DNA of 64,000 nucleotides, from positions 2,356,001 through 2,420,000 of the forward strand of contig CM074806.1 of assembly GCA_037447605.1 (NCBI GenBank), in the 5' to 3' direction. The DNA comes from Zygnema circumcarinatum SAG 698-1b (taxonomy: Eukaryota > Plantae > Zygnematophyceae). Position numbers and translations under genes: made by a program. The notes beneath the pieces are model-generated. The model made no database searches. It was not told where the DNA came from and was given only the letters and a program-made list of their open reading frames with translations. Positions 27,001 through 39,319 of this stretch are shown piece after piece (within the stretch, counting starts at the first letter, position 1; every line of letters starts with the position of its first letter).

Positions 27001-28319
27001 ACACGAGGAATCGTCCCACCTCTACTATCCATTCCTCACATGCTTTTGTTGTTCAGATTTTAATAATACAGTGTTCTGGAAAAAATAGACTATACCTGGT
27101 CATGATAGAAGTGTTCATCCATGGAGATCTTTGCCGCAACCATTTCGAGTGCTGTTGCTGTTTGGACGATGGCTGGCCAATCAATCCCCAGTCTCTCGTG
27201 TTCGTCATCAATCTGCAGCCAGATGTTACAAAAGGACAGACATAAGACTATGACCAATATTTGTTTTACGTCGGCAGATTGAACAATTTACAAAGTTTGA
27301 AAAAGGCCCTTTCAATACTCTGAACGGTAAAGTACCGTGCAAAAGCTTAACATGGGAGCAGAAGCATAATGCCAGGAATCACAAAGCATTTGGTTGCTGT
27401 AGCCACATCTCACTACTGTCTCACCATCATGCTGATGACAGCCCTCGCTCCACTGTCTCTGATTGTGTGAACATCTTCGGAACACTGGGGCCCGTCACCA
27501 AGAATAAGGTCGGGAGACACCTCACTCCAGTTCAGTTTCCGTTTTTCCTGTTGCACTGCGTCATTCAATGCATGCGAGCAAAACGAAGCGAAAAGCTTCG
27601 AAATCAGCTGCTTCTAACTCTCAAAGGCCAGTTGCGAAAGGTCACAACTGTCATCAGTCAACTGTCAAGGTTGTCATCTATTTACATCACACTCGGATTG
27701 TTAGCATATGTAACAAAGCTGCCTAGGCTGATTATTTTTGGAGAGTCAGGGAAAGCTGCTTAGGCTGATTATTTTTGGAGAGTCCGGGCAAGCCAACTCA
27801 TTCATTGTAATGCAAATAGGGAAACAGGTTAAAAAGTAAGAAACGATCAAGTGCCGAGAGAGACATACCCCCAAGGCCCGTCTTAACAGGAACTTCCATA
27901 TCGACTTTCATTCGCAGCTGCTCAATCTCCGTAAAGACAGCTGGCTTTTCCATTCGAGCCACTGCTGGCTGCTTCTCCATTTGGGCCACAGCTTTCCCGC
28001 TAGCAGTTGCAGCTGTTGCCCTACCATTGGTCGATTTATACATCGTTCGGCGTCTGGAGGGATAGCTCCTTTGCATCCGGCTGCTGCTGCCCCTTTCTGC
28101 TCTAGTGTCTACAGGATCCGTCTCAGCACTAGCAGTGCCAGCGTCGCAGACAACAGCTGCTCTGCTGTTTTTCTGAACACGTCCATATCCAAATCCAACA
28201 GAGAACAAGCGTTTACCAGAGCCATTCCTCACCCGAATCTCTCTGGCATGCTTACAAGCACCAAAATGCAGCCCACTTGCAGCAGAGCTCTCAAGCAGCG
28301 CAAGTGCGCTTGACGCCAT
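21076..28319 (-). CDS. Putative plastid protein: degenerate glucan-phosphatase-like DSP domain + long coiled coil + C-terminal transmembrane segment
   Basis: Exons (minus) ~28319-27869, 27555-27425, 27212-27096, 26728-26616, 26438-26339, 26070-25957, 25700-25620, ~25462-25409, 25187-24322, possible small exon ~23300, 22613-22364, 22112-21912, 21366-21076. Ser/Ala/Arg-rich N-terminus. LNWSEVSPDLILGDGPQCSEDVHTIRDSGARAVISMM...GIDWPAI...LPEAV...KVYLSDASGLQR...ALSYL resembles the SEX4/LSF DSP fold. E/K/A/L heptad-rich middle; hydrophobic AVLVSIGLAIAGPVIVLGLF. Confidence 0.75.
27717..27795 (+). repeat. ~37-bp tandem duplication in intron 1 of the DSP-like gene
   Basis: AGCTGC(C/T)TAGGCTGATTATTTTTGGAGAGTC(A/C)GGG repeated twice. 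Confidence 0.85.
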
Positions 28320-28450
28320 CTTGCCTCTCCTTTCAGCTTCCTCCTTTTCCCTCCTACTCCTCAATCACAATCCTTATTGCCGCAGTACTGCAACTTCCCC
28401 GTCGGTGAAACTCTGACTGCGTGCACTCTTGAGAACACCCTTCAAGAAGC

Positions 28451-28487
28451 CCTCTGCCTCTGCCTCTGCCTCTGCCTCTGCCTCTGC
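28451..28487 (+). repeat. (CTCTGC)n microsatellite upstream of the DSP-like gene
   Basis: About six CTCTGC units. A related (GAGGCAGAGCGA)n tract lies at ~3988-4036 upstream of the PfkB gene. Confidence 0.85.
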
Positions 28488-28900
28488 TGCGTGGCGACGG
28501 CCATGGCCAGCTGCCTCCGCGGGTCAGCGCGCCATGCCATGACTGATCTGATCTGCTGGCACTCATCCATCGGCCATGGCCATGGCTTGTCAGCGCGCAC
28601 AGTCCGATCCCGCCACGCGGCGCCACGTCAGCGCGCGCACATTCAAAACGCGCGTGCGTGCCTGCCTGCCTGCCTGCCCGGCCTTGACAGCGGACGGTTC
28701 CGATTGCCCACCCGTTTCAATCGGACGGCGGGAAAAACGATCGGGCCGGCCGGGCGGGGCGGGGCCCGCTTTTCGCCTTTTGCGGATCGGCGCAGAAAAG
28801 CGCGCTGTGCCCCGACCGGGTGGGTGAGCTGGGGGGTGCGCCGACCGCCGACCGACCCTAAAAACCCTAAATTAAGTAAAATACGAGATTATAAAGAATT

Positions 28901-29276
28901 CCCAGATCGGACCATTAGACAAACCAGTCGACTGGTTGGCAACCAGTGGTTGCGGACCGAAACAACCATTCGAATGGTTGCCAACTGGTTGGCAACCAGT
29001 GGCATCCACTGGTTCCAAACCAGTCGACTGGTTGCCAACCAGTGGATCCACTGGTAGGCAACCATTCGACTGGTTGCCAACCAGTGGATCCACTGGTAGG
29101 CAACCATTCGACTGGTTGCCAACCAGTGGTTGCGGACCGAAACAACCATTCGACTGGTTGCCAACCAGTGGCATCCACTGGTTGGCAACCAGTCGACTGA
29201 TTGCCAACCAGTAGACGTCCAGCCATTGCCATCCAATGGTTGGCCAATGGTTGCCGATCCACTGGTCCGAACTGTG
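28901..29276. mobile_element. MITE-like non-autonomous element composed of short palindromes, 8-bp TSD
   Basis: Imperfect TIRs CCCAGATCGGACCA (28901) / TGGTCCGAACTGTG (ends 29276), flanked by an exact direct repeat AAAGAATT at 28893-28900 and 29277-29284. Interior is an array of ACCAGTCGACTGGT, ACCAGTGGATCCACTGGT and AACCATTCGAATGGTT palindromes. Confidence 0.75.
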
Positions 29277-29469
29277 AAAGAATTCCCTTAATTTGAAGAT
29301 GCCTGCCCATCTCCCGTGCGAGCTCCACCAACCACCGACCGCCACGTGGCACGCTCCCCCCACCCCCCCCCCTGTCTGGCGAACGCGCCCACGAACCGGC
29401 GTCCCACTGTCTCTGGAGGGCACACTGCGGGCGCCACGTGTCGGTGCCGCCAGCTGGAGGCCGGCCGCC

Positions 29470-32400
29470 ATGGCCACGTGGCGCGGCGGGTGGCGGGTGC
29501 TGCTCGCGCCGCTGTTGCTCCTCCTCGCTGCGCTTGCGGAGGGGCGCGCGGGGGAGGGGGGGGAGGAGGAGGAGCGCCTCATCGGCTGGCAGGGCGCCAC
29601 GTGGGGCCCTCCCTCCCGCTCCCCCTTCCTGCTGCTAATTGGCTCCGCTCATGGCGAGATGTTGAGCAGTGGCAACGCGCAGAGCTGCAGGGGGGGGATG
29701 TGCATTCAAGCGGAAACGCCTTTTGTTGCTGCACATTGGATTGGTGCTTGATTGCACTGCGCTGGCGAGTTTCAGTCGCGGCAGGCTGTCAGGGGGTGGG
29801 GCCTTGCTCGTCGGAGCAATGAGTAGGATCTGATGGCATGTTGTGAGGGCGGCTCTTCAGCTATGTTCCGAAGGAGACGGGGAACAGCGGCGTGCGCCAA
29901 TCGGCGAAGTTGGAGCCGTGGTTGGAAGCGATATCATGGCAGCCCCGGGCATTCGTCTATCACAACTTCTTGGTCGGCCTCTCAAAGTGCTCTCTCTTTT
30001 CTTGTGCCGCCTTCGCGTTTGCCAGTTCGGAAGTGTCGGCCGCATTTTGAGCCTTGGAGTGTTGAAGAGTTCAAATGAACTCTTGTATCTTATCCTAACC
30101 CTAAATGCACATGTGGTGGTCCATTTACCGATAGAGTCAATATTGTACACTACTACTACGTGGATGTAAACGGTCAGAAGGTCTGCTTAGCTCGTAGCTC
30201 TTAAACTCCTTTACTCCCTGCATTTTCCTCGGGCAATGTATTCTTATTGGGTGACCTGGGATTCGGCTAGGACGATGTAGACGCCAGAAGAATGTGAGCA
30301 TCTCATTCACCTCGCCTCGCCGCATATGGAGAAGTCGACAGTTGTCGACACTGCGACCGGGGAGAGTGTGCCAAGCGAGTGAGGATCCTTTCATGGGCAC
30401 TTTTTTCGTACTGTTTTTGACACACAGATATGAGCCGAGTAAGGAATCTAGAGGCGTACCTATAGGCTAAGGGCTTTGCTGTGAAAAAGCAATCTTCATG
30501 GTCTTAAGTGACCTGTTTGGCATCCACGACTTTTAGGGTTTTTAGGAAGGTTAGGAAGATTATGGATGTTTCAATTGTGTTAGTCCTCAAAGAGGTCAAT
30601 TTGTTGAATTTGGGACCCTTGTCGTGCATCCTGGGAAGAAGTTATGATAGCAATTTGATTGGAAAGACGAGTAAGAAGATGATCGAATGGCTAGACCAGT
30701 CATTGGATCTGTCAGTTATTTGTGCCATTTGGAAATGAATGAATAAATAATTAACTCAGATGTCTAGGAAAAGAATGCTGGTTTTTCAGTAATGACGGGG
30801 GTTACATCTCATCAAGGGACTCCATGTGAGAAGAAACCTATACTGCAAAATCTACTAATTAGAAAGCTTGAAGATTGAATTGTATCATTCAAGGAGTGTC
30901 AGATGTCGTCAAAAGCCACGTTGCAGGATGGTTAAACCTTTGTGCTTTTTGTCGAAACCAATCACATAGGCTATGGTGGATGAAGAAAAGCTCGCAGTTT
31001 GGCGAGAAGCAAAGACCTTAGGAAAACTAGAAATGAAAAAGGACGAAACCAAAAAATATTATAATAAGTTCTGAAGCTCTTTATCAGAGCTTGTATAAAC
31101 TGCGGTTTCACTCATTCGATTGCTGACTCTGAATATGTGGCGTTCAGAGTCCGAACGAGCTCAGGCACGTTCTTAAGTCGTGGAATGGATGCGATTGTCA
31201 AGAAAATAGAGGACCGCATAGCAACCTTTAGCTTCATTCCTGTTGGTAAGCAACAGCATACCTTGTCCAAGCTTAAATGGGATACTAGCTGTTTTTGTCA
31301 CAACATGAATAAGAATTCAGTAAGCTTTTGTTAATCTTTGTCATTACATTTTGAAAAAAAAAGTCACGGTCGTATATTCAGAGACAGCAAGTGATCACTG
31401 ACGGCGCAGTTTATTTGTCCACTAAGATTTTTCTGAATATCCAGGATTTTTATGGCGATGCTGGTAGGTCAAGAGCTTTACTCGTGAAGGATTGGCGAAA
31501 TTGCAAAAGAAAATAGTATGAATTTTATAAAAAAATTCATCCAGTAGGTCGTGTTCTGCCTCTATTGTTCGGTTTTTCTTAGCTACTACTTCTGTCTTTC
31601 GTTCTACTCTTCAATTTGCAGATCACGGAGAAGGGCTTCAGATCCTGCAGTATGAGATTGGGCAGAAATATGAACCCCATTATGACTACTTTGATGATAA
31701 ATTTAACGTAGTCAATGGTGGGCAACGGATCGCCACTCTCCTTATGTATTTGTAAGCGCTTTTCACCCAGGCCAAGTAGTCTGTTGCAGCTATGGAACCT
31801 CTTTTGCTTTTATCTTTCATTGTTTCCCGACCTAGTACTGGAATCTTCCAGCAGTTTAAAGACCTTCCTTTCACAATTTCGATTTGCTGATAGCTTCTTT
31901 AGGAAAGGCTCTTCGAATATCTTGCAATGGTTTGTTCTGATTCAGTAAAAAATCAGTGATTGATTTAGAAGAGTAAAGTATGCCTTTTTGGGAGACAAAA
32001 GGGAGACATTTGTGACTTTGTGGTTTTCCTGACAATCTCCACATCTCCTTCTATTCAGTGCAGGAACAGTTCTCCTTTCCTCCCTCTCCTTCTTACCCTC
32101 CAACTGCAGCATCTGAATTGAATAGCCTCAACAAATTGCCTATATAGTAGTGGTTGGCAAATTCAATTCTCGTCCTCTCTTTCCCCGTCTCGTTTCTGTC
32201 CTATTTTTTTTCGGATTCTAAGGTCCTAAGTACGTGGATACCTTCTCATTGAGCACGAGCTAACTGAGTATGCGCATTGTGGCCGCTGTGAAGCTGCTTT
32301 GATGACACCATTCTCTTTCGTTCTTTCCCTCACCGTGTGCTGCACAGAACGGATGTAGAGGAAGGTGGAGAAACAGTGTTTCCTAGCAGTACTCCGGACA

Positions 32401-33026
32401 AAGAGAGGCCCGACTTCTCTGAACTCTCCAGCTGCGCTCAACAGGGTAAATCTGTTCGGCCACATCGAGGGGATGCTGTTCTCTTTTGGAGCCTTCAGCC
32501 CAACGGCAGCGATGATCCCTCTTCCCTTCATGGTGCGAATCCTCATAGCTCTGGCCAATGAGTTGGAATGGTCCTTCACAGTTTGGCCTGTGAAGGAGGA
32601 TTGGTATTACCTGGATTGTTTGGAGTGTACTTGCACATGTACTTTCCTTTCATGGGTTTCTGACTGTGACTGTATAGCCATGACATGTAAGGCGCGGTAA
32701 GGGAAGAGCGGCTAATCATTTTCATATCGTAATCGTTTTCATGGCAATGACTGTTACTGGCAATTCGTGAATAGTTAATGACCGAATGTTTGTCAGCCAA
32801 TGTAACATGCGGCAAACTCAATAGTGTGGTCTCGCAGCTCGCTTCTCTTGAGTCGGAAGCCATGTTTTCTCTGATGGATTGCTTCTGCTTCTGTTGTCAT
32901 TCTCTGTACAAATAATGGTTCTCAATGAATGTGGAACGTGTCTTTAATGCAGGCTCCTGTCCCGTGATTCGTGGAATTAAGTGGTCCGCCACAAAATGGA
33001 TGCGACAATTTCCGTATGCAGTCTGA
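29470..33026 (+). CDS. Prolyl 4-hydroxylase (plant/algal P4H, secreted or ER/Golgi)
   Basis: Signal peptide MATWRGGWRVLLAPLLLLLAALAEG; ISWQPRAFVYHNFL, EECEHLI, STVVD, VRTSSGTFL, GEGLQILQYEIGQKYEPHYDYF, GGQRIATLLMYL, DVEEGGETVFP, GDAVLFWSL, SLHGSCPVIRGIKWSATKWMR. HxD...H iron triad present. Confidence 0.95.
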
Positions 33027-34010
33027 TCTGGAGTATCTCCACAATCCTGGGGGATGGTGGGGACTAATCAAAATGCAATGCGTTATCGAACTATTACCGC
33101 TATTACTGTATCACGTTTTGCCGTCAATGTTGAGGGAAGGGCGGACATCTCGCCTGTGGTAGGGAGAGGCCTCGTCCAGAAAAATGTATAAATTATTGGA
33201 TCTAACGAGGGAGTACATATACAGTGGGATGCCCACCCTGTAGCTTTTGCACGTTCATCTTTGTCTAGCCTTTACCTTTACCTTTTACCCCAGTGCGATT
33301 TTCAACATGTTTGAGTAGTCGAGTGCAGTGCAATTGTCCAAATAAAATAATCAAATTTTGCCATTTAAGTAACTGAGGAGCTTCGGGTGAGTTTTTGTCT
33401 TTTGGTGTTTTGGATGCATGACCTTGGCATCACCTAATGGCCTCCGTGAGTTCGTGTACTTTCACGCAGCCATCTCGCATGCTTCCAAGATGAAACCTTG
33501 AAGCGTCCTTATATCTCACATTGAAGTTTGCACGTGACAAAACCGATATGGAAATTGCTTTCTGTACTGTTTTCGAAATCCGGAAGTGTGGAACTTTTTG
33601 AAAAACCCTAAAAACCTATCCTCTGCAACGAGGCTCTCCCATGTGATGCACCCCTGCGCAGCCTTCACATAGAAGACTGCAGTCTTTGCTGCTTCTTCCA
33701 AATCATCATCCAAGACTACCACTTTCCAATTCTCTACACAGGGTTACATTTCTTTGTCCCAAACTAATGGCATTTCAGAAACTCCAACTCTGCACACTTT
33801 TCACAATCAATTGGAACAACCAGAGGTTGTTTCAGGGTCGAACGAAGTTGGCCTAAAAATCACAAAATGTTACTGACATAAAAATATGAATAACAGACGA
33901 GGTCCAAGTTCGTATTCTGGTTCAGAACGCGGGGGCACGAACAGATTTCATATGTGGCATGAATAACAACTGTACAAAACGGCTCAAGTTTTTCCATCTA
34001 ATGTAACAGC

Positions 34011-37000
34011 TCAGCTCCACTGTATGGCATTGATGAGCCCGTCGCCATAGGGTTTGCACGCATGATCGGACAGCATAGTGCCCGATAGCACAATCCTCCT
34101 GAATCTCGAATTTGAATCGGTTGCTTTGACTACTACATGTCGGACAGTCATTCTTTCACCCTTTTTGAATCGCCGGCTTGATTTACCGCCCCATCCCTCC
34201 CTTTCCTTGCCCTGAGCTTTACCTCCTTCCGGTTGCTTTCCACTGCTGCTATTCCCGTCACTACCGGATCCAAAAATAGTCGGATAGTTGACCCACAATT
34301 TTTTGCCTCGGTCTCCACTTAAATCCCTCTGTTCAGGATTCTCCTGACATGGTAAGGCTTCTTTACTGTGAAGTCTGTCATGATCCCTCTCCTTATAGCT
34401 CTCTCCTATTCTCCTTTCAGCGTTCCCTTCTTGTGACCCAAATACCTTGCTTTGCAAATCCTGAACCACAGAAAGAAGCTTGTTTGCATTTCCCTCTCCC
34501 CTCTCGTCCTGATCAGACTGATTCCCATCCACTTTGTCTTTGGACATGTCCTGCTTCAGTTTGTCCCACCACCAAAGACCTGCACCCGACGCATTTGCCG
34601 ACTTGTCCCCACTTATATTCACACCTTCAGCTTCCAGGGTCTTCTCTTCCTCTATCCAATACTCCACTTCTGTCTTCCTCGGTCGCCCCTCGCCTGTCTC
34701 AGCCATATCTCCATTCCCTCCTTTCCCTGCTAGAGTCTGTCCTTCCAGTTTCACCAACTCCTCCACACTGACCGGTGGTTCTGCCTCTCCCTCTAGTGGC
34801 TGCCGGACAATGTGATAGAGAATTCCTGGTGCAAACAAACGGTGCTCCTGTGCCTCTTGTGCGGTCAATGCAGCTCCTTGCTCTTTTGCAACATTTGCAG
34901 CCAAAGCCGTGGCTGCCACTTCAGCATCAGTGGCGTCATGGCCTGACTGCCCCCTCCGGTGATTTGTAAATGGGCCCGACCGCTCTGCCTCCGCAATGGA
35001 ATTTGCAGCTGTCGCTCAGGCAGCCCACCCATCGAATTGAGTCAGCAAAAATGTGTCACTCTTAAGCTGCTAATCACTCTTAAGCTCCTCATCCTACCGA
35101 TGTTGGAATTAATCAGAGACTGCTCAATCAGAAAAAAAAACTCTTCCGAACTTGATTCATTCAAGCGCTGGTTGTCATATCGACGATACTTAGCTTCAAA
35201 AGATTCTCCGCCTCTTCCTCCACTACAAATATGTCTGAATTCAGACCTCCTAGTCCTACAAGAGATTCACACCCAACTTTACTCTTCAAGGACTCCATTG
35301 CTCGTTGGTTTTGCTTTCCCACCTTTTCGCTCTTCACCACAAATCCTGGCAGTTAAAACATATCATTCAGAAGACGAGCAGCTCAGCCCCTTCTTACCTT
35401 GCTGTGCAGCCACACTCACTACAGCTCCTGCAAGAATGCCTGCCGCTGAGAACCAGTTGATGCTCGACTTTGAAGCAGCAGCCGTTCCCCCATTCTGTGC
35501 TGCACCAAGCTGCTGCACCATCTTCTGTCCAGCAGACTGCACCGCTGACCAGCCAAGCTTCTTTGCTTGAGTGTAGAGGTGGCCAGGGGGCAACCCAGCA
35601 GCTGCCTCAAACTTCGTCATGTACGAATGGCTTTGCTGAGCAAGCTCCACCATCCGCCGCTGCATGGAGCCCTCCTCCAACGCGACGGACCTGAGGAGGT
35701 AAAGCGTGATGTCAAGACTCTGAAGATGGGAATGCCAGAAAATATAGCAAAGCAGGGGAGGATAAAAAAGGTATAGGGAAAGACGAGATAGGCACTAGAA
35801 TCAGAATATATATAGATGAATTTCGAATGAAACAGACTGACAAGACAGCGCAAGTTTGAAGTTTACCAATCAGTCTCCAGAATTTCTGTACGCAGCTCAT
35901 CCAACGAGGCGGGGCTGCAGCGAGCGACCACATCATCCTGCAGAACAACACGAACAAGTTTGAGAGTTAGTGGCCAGACTCTGAGGGACTGAATGCCTGA
36001 GGTAGCCAGACAGCTTACTATGGAGATTCTGGAGTAATGCTAGTTCCGCAACCCTGACCTTAGCCAGCAAGCAATGCTGCAAAGGAAGAACTTGTCGTCA
36101 CTCATGCAGTTATTCTCAAAGCACCAGGTAGGCGAGGCACTTAGAGAGAGTGTACAACAAACCCCAAAAGTAAATTTGCTTCGTCTATAACCAAGAGATT
36201 AATCAATTGAGCTCTTATGGACCTACGAAGAGCTGCACTTCTTCTTGCAACGCCTAGCCAAGTCTGCAAATGGACAACTCAATGTGACTCCGATGAGAGT
36301 CAAGAAAATCCTTAAAAAACCCCAAACCAAATTGGTGGATCTATGGAGAAGATTCGCATGGGCTGCTGTATGGTCCTTGAATAAACAGCAAGATTTGGCA
36401 AAGCACTTCCCCTCTGTTCAACTATGTTTATGGAGAATGAAAGGTTTCAAGGTAACATAGGCATTGGAAAAGATAACTGTTGCCCGGAAGGCATCTTGTG
36501 AGCGCAGTCCATGCATCCAACTTACGGGTTTATGCTAATGACTTCACAACCTTATCACAACTGTTCAGGGGAAAAGCAGAAGCATCGGTGAGGCTTCAGA
36601 CGACACACGGCACCATGACATAAAAAAACCACATATTCCAATTTCCTTTTCACCTGGAGTACGATAGTGGAGATGAAGGTTGACGAGGCAGCAAGCCTGC
36701 TGTCCACGCAGGGAGGGCAGGCATAGACCCAGCACGACACTCGCGAGGGCGGCACGTCAAGCCTTGAGAGAGTCTGACTGTCGGCGGGCATGGCAGTGTT
36801 CTGGGCCTCCCGAAGAAGCATTGCGAGAAGAGCAGCAGTACCGGCTCCAAGGGAATGCCCGGTCAGCACTAGGGAATAGTTCTGCACAGAAGGACAGACG
36901 GACAGTTGGTCAGACAAAGGATAGAGTGACCATCTGCAGTGTTCGAAAGCAAAGGGATAATACTGCGTCAATAACATCTGTGCTCATCAAAATAATAAGA

Positions 37001-39147
37001 ATGTAACAGGTTTGTACTGAGCTAGGACAAGGCTGAAAAGGGCAGAGAGAAATTAAAACCCGCTATGTTTCATTCCAGCAATGATCAAGGGAGAGTCATC
37101 GTTATAACCTAAACCCGAGTAAACTGCCCGACTGGTCTGAAACACTGTAGGCAAGCTTTGCATTCCTGCACAAATCTCTCAACGTGTTAAGCACGTGCAA
37201 GGGGAGAGGAAAAATGAGCAGAAACGAAAAGGAAATCAACCGACCTTATTGTCCACTAGGGCTTTCTTCAGTGCGTTCCCCTCTTCTGCTAACAGCCATC
37301 TGGCAGCCCCCAGCATTCCCGAATGGGCGTACCTGTTGTAAAACGAAAGGAGTACAGTCAGCTTGATAGATGCTGCATGGCATTTCTTACGAGAACCTTA
37401 GTAAATTACGTCCGTCGAACCTTACAATCTGCCAGTTCAGTATTGTAAAGTGAATGATACATCATACGACGAAACAATCCATACTTCTGCTTCTGAAACC
37501 ATCCATGTGCCCCAACATCAGACTGCGCTGTCGCATTCGCACCCGCCTTCAAAAAGCTCGCTGTGAGGGGTTAAATCTGTTAGAACATCCGAAGCAGCGT
37601 GGGTTCCCCGAATCCCAAGCACCACACACTCGCGCTCGTCATCCACTGCAATATAGTATGCCGGTTGCATCACTGCGGACTTTGTAACGTGTTTCAAAAC
37701 ACAGTCCTCTCGCACCTGCAGGGATAACGTGCCAGTTAGAGCAGAACAGATCAGTCGAAAGACATGCAAAGCTGAGATTATTCATGGAAAAGCAAAAAGA
37801 GACAAAAGAGTTCAGTTCCTCAAATGGCAATGGACTTCGCGATCGTAACCAGAAAATTTTTATTCACTCAACCAGTGAATTGAACAAGAATGGGATTACA
37901 TCATACTCCGAGGTTCTTTGCCAACATAGCCTTGTCAAACTCATAGGCAGCCATTGCCCACCGCAGCCAGTGCAGTAACTCCATCAGCTCATGCCTGCTC
38001 CCGCGCACACAGCCAGACCAACCCGCTGTCGAGCTCAGGACAACCTCGCGCATGGTGCAAGGTCAGTCAGCTGACGGCAATAACATTCTCTCTGGAACAC
38101 CTGAGCCAACCTCTCCTCCAAGCTAACAATCTGAAACAAGGAAATTGAGGATTAACAGCTCAATCTGGAAAAGCGAGGATTTTGTCAGTGAAGTTGGAAG
38201 TCGTGCTTCAGAGCGTCAACCTTGGCAGAGGCCTCAGAACTCAGTTTTTGAAATCAAGCATACTCTTTTTCGGCCTTTACCATAACATGATAGATCGGTT
38301 TACCTGGCAGTAACTGGTGAGCCAGTTATAGTGTCAACTGCGCCCTCGAGGGCATGGCTGTTGGCCACCTTGTATAATCCTAAAGTAAGTTCTGCCATCC
38401 CCCACTGCCCCATTCCTGCTGCGCTCCTCTTGATGCTTGCAGCAATGGCTGCAAGCGTTGGAACTGCCGAAGTTGGAACTTCATCTGCATTTTTACCTGC
38501 AGCCCAAAATTAAACAAAAGGTAAACAATCTGAAACGGCAGCATGCAGGGCTGTTATGAAAAGCAGAGAACCACTACTAACAGTTCTAGAAAAGGCCATT
38601 GTACTGATTCGTGCACAGAGTCACAGCCCGTGCATTTGATAGTAACAGGTGAGGCCAGCATTCCTCTCCAGAAGTTCTCGTCCTAGTGATGTTTCCTAAC
38701 CTATTAAGAGAGCATCAACCTCCAGCTCCGTTGGAAACTTTTCTGCAGACTGGCGCTGGCGCCGTTCACAGCTAGTTCAGGATTCACTCGAAGAATGCGG
38801 CCATAGCTACTTAGCCCAGCAAGTTGATTTCTATTGCAGCCTCCCATCCCGGCTGCACTGACCTGCCCTACACTCTCCGAAGTGCGTCCATGCAAGAGAT
38901 ATGCAAGCAGCACACAATCTTCGATGAAACACAGCCGAGCACATGCTGACATGATAAGTGCTCATCAAGCGATTCTGAGCCACCTTTAAGCCTAACCTTT
39001 TGGAAAGGCGCGATTGTAAAGCTCGGCAGCAGGTGTCATCAGTTGTTTCCAGCTGAGCTTGGAGCCCTGCGTGCTCCCTGAATCCGCCTGCCCCGTGCGC
39101 GCAGCTGAAGTCGAAGGATCCCCCTCCCCTTCCCTCCCCTCAGCCAT
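34011..39147 (-). CDS. Class 3 lipase (alpha/beta hydrolase, DAG-lipase-like)
   Basis: PAYYIAVD..VVLGIRGTHAASDVLTDL, AHSGMLGAARWL, LVLTGHSLGAGTAALL nucleophile elbow, VYACPPCV, DDVVAR and C-terminal RIVLSGTMLSDH. Start MAEGREGEGD at 39147 is inferred. Confidence 0.88.
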
Positions 39148-39319
39148 GAGATTTCCCTGCACAAGCAACCACTACCGCACCTCCTGCAGGCGCTGCGGGG
39201 CCTCCCTCCCGCCCTCCCCTGCAGCCGGCCAGCATGCGAGCGTCCCTCAAGGCAGGGGGGGCTTGTCAACGCGTTCCATGCGTTCCTGTCCCGCCCTCCG
39301 TGCACAGGCTGAGTCAGCA

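Noticed and set aside
28901-29276. Possible CRISPR-like array (palindromic repeats)
   Set aside because: No unique spacers, the modules recur, no cas genes, eukaryotic context, and TIR/TSD structure fits a MITE.
28872-29352. Multiple repetitive ORFs (WLATSR/QPVDWL) on both strands
   Set aside because: By-product of a stop-poor palindromic repeat; no coding signature.
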